Positions 61,749-64,000 of a stretch of 64,000 nt of DNA are shown piece after piece (within the stretch, counting starts at the first letter, position 1; each line of letters starts with the position of its first letter). The notes below the pieces were generated by a model. The model was not told the origin of the DNA. It searched no databases and was given only the letters and a program-made list of their open reading frames with translations. Source of the DNA: Ranitomeya imitator (taxonomy: Eukaryota); NCBI RefSeq assembly GCF_032444005.1, contig NC_091285.1:137826001-137890000 (forward strand). Reading direction: 5' to 3'. The position numbers and the translations under genes were made by a program.

Positions 61749-63890
61749 GTAACCCCCTCTCAACAGGGGACCTCCGGACCCCCAGGATTCCGGGCATGGA
61801 ATGTACAAACCAGACGATCAGCGTGTACCGATCTGGCTGGTACCCATGATCGATCTTCCGGACCATACCCTCTCCAATGTACCAAATACTGCAAAGACCC
61901 TCGACCATGGAACCCACAATATGTTGTACCTCAAACTCCATATGTCCCTCAACCAAGACTGGAGGAGGAGCTGCTTCAGTATCTTCATTCACCGCCTACA
62001 AGGGTTTAAGTAAAGACCTATGAAAGATATTCTGAAGTTTTAAGGAGGGAGGAAGACGGAGGCGATAGGTTACCGGGTTCACTACTTCGATGACCTCATA
62101 GGGACAAATAAATTTAGGTCCCAGTTTGGCGGAGGGCAATCGAAGATTTATATTTCGTGTGGACAGCCACACTTTATCCCCACAAAGCAGCGTTTGAGCA
62201 GAATCCCTTTTCCTATCTTCAAAATATTTATAGTTCTCCTGAGCTTTAGAAATATTTAAACGAACCTTAGTCCAAAGATCCTTGAGAAGACTGACCCCGT
62301 CCTCTGCCCCGGGACAACCAGAATCTATTCGAGAAAATTCGCCAAAATGAGGGTTAATCCCATAATTAATAAAAAAATGGTGACCTACCGGTAGATTGGT
62401 TTACCTGTTTGTTGAAGGCGAATTCTGCTAACGGTAAGGCATCAGACCAGTCGCTTTGCAGGGTAGAAGTCAGGCAACGTAGAATTTGTTCAAGCGACTG
62501 GTTGGTGCGTTCAGTTTGTCCATTGGTTTCTGGGTGATACGCTGAGGAAAAAGACAGAGATATCCCCAATTTTTTGCAGAAGGCCCGCCAAAATTTAGAC
62601 AAACTGAGTCCCTCTGTCTGACACAATATTCATGGGGACCCCGTGTAAGCGTACCACCTGGGACAGGAAATATCTAGAGAGCGTCTCTGCTGTAGGTAAA
62701 CTTGTCATGGGTACAAAATGTGCCAACTTAGAGAACCTATCCACCACTACCCAATTAACCGTATTACCACGGAAGATTGGTGATGAAGTCCATGGACAAG
62801 TGAGTCCATGGCCTTCCTGGGACTGGCAAAGGCACCAATTCCCCGGCCGGCAACTCAAGCTCTTAGAACGGGCACATATCCCACATGCTGCAACATGTTT
62901 CTTGATATCTGAAGCCATTAAAGGCCACCAAAAGACCCTTGCCACTGCTTCCCGTGGGGCAGCCATACCTGGGTGTGCACTCAAATTTCGAATCATGGAA
63001 CTCCCACAGGAGTTTGTTGCGCAAATGCTGCGGGACAAACAATTTGTCTACAGGTTTGGAACTTGGAGCCAAAGATTGAGCCCCCACAATCTCTTGTTCC
63101 AATTCCGACGACACCTCGGCAACCACAAGACTGGGTTGAAGAATGGGGACGGCGGATCGGGGGCGGATAATGGTTCAAAACTACGCGATAAGGCATGAGC
63201 CTTTGTGTTCTTAGACCCTGGCCGAAAGGTAATGGAAAACTGAAATCTGGAAAAGAATAGTGACCAGCGAGCTTGCCTGGGAGACAGTCTTTTAGCAGAT
63301 TTGATGTACTCTAAATTTTTATGGTCAGTGATAACCGTAATGGGATGAGCCGCCCCCTCAAAAAGTGCCTCCATTCTTCGAACACCAATTTAATGGCCAG
63401 AAGCTCTCTGTTGCCTACATCATAATTTTTCTCTGCCGGAGAAAATTTCTTAGAAAAATAGGCACAGGGCCTGAGATTAGTCAGAGAAGCTGGTCCTTGC
63501 GACAAAACTGCCCCCACCCGCACCTCGGAAGCATCCACATCAACCACGAATGGTTTGGAAGGGTCTGGTTGGACCAGGATAGGAGCAGAAACTGTGAAAC
63601 TGTGTTTAGCTAACGAGGACCAGTTTTTGACATCTGCCCCTTTACAAGTAGGGTCCGTGAGAGGCTTAGTCACCTGTGAAAAGCCTTTAATAAACTTGTG
63701 ATAATAATTCGCGAATTCTAAAAAGCGCTGGAGTCCCCTAAGGTCCCAGGGCTGGACCCACTCCACAATAGCTTGCACTTTCTTAGGATCCATGCGAAGC
63801 CCCTGAGGTGAAATTATAAGACCTAGAAATGACAATTCCTGAACAAAACATGAACATTTCTTGAGTTTTGATAATTCCATACTTGGACAA
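61749..63890 (-). pseudogene. Gypsy (chromovirus-type) pol: end of RT, RNase H, integrase and chromodomain, frameshifted
   Basis: FLGLIIS; FVVDVDASEVRVGAVL; EKNYDVGNRELLAI; TDHKNL; HPG...C..C; VVVDRFSKLAHF; VSDRGTQF; SAYHPETNGQTERTNQ; EFEVQHIV. Confidence 0.92.
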
Positions 63891-64000
63891 CTTTCTGATT
63901 GTAAGCAATTCAGCCCAACACTGACGTCAACAATGCGACAGAGTGATAGAAACTCTAAGAGAGTTAGGGTGGCTTATAAATCTTCAGAAATCAAAACTAG

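Overview
Vertebrate genomic DNA, almost certainly from a frog (inferred from the repeat types and protein sequences; species not determinable here). It contains the conserved RAB24(-) / PRELID1(+) / MXD3(-) cluster: only coding exon 1 of RAB24, a complete 5-exon PRELID1 CDS (216 aa) and a complete 6-exon MXD3 CDS (201 aa), all with canonical GT-AG junctions and consistent phases. The rest is mostly repeats: a 16.2-kb four-level transposon nest downstream of PRELID1, G-rich minisatellites in the first introns of RAB24 and MXD3, many MITEs, a V-SINE, and BEL/Pao and Gypsy remnants upstream of MXD3. The most interesting item is a set of hammerhead-ribozyme-bearing repeats. There is one intact minimal type I hammerhead (29659-29703) inside 1.46 copies of a 350-bp monomer that resembles a retrozyme or newt satellite 2. 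There is also the 3' half of a second hammerhead at the window start and two decayed ones in a Penelope-like fragment. Retrozymes are a known class, so any novelty is at the level of family and genomic behaviour. All coordinates were read by hand, and TE family names rest on terminal motifs and recalled protein motifs, not database searches.
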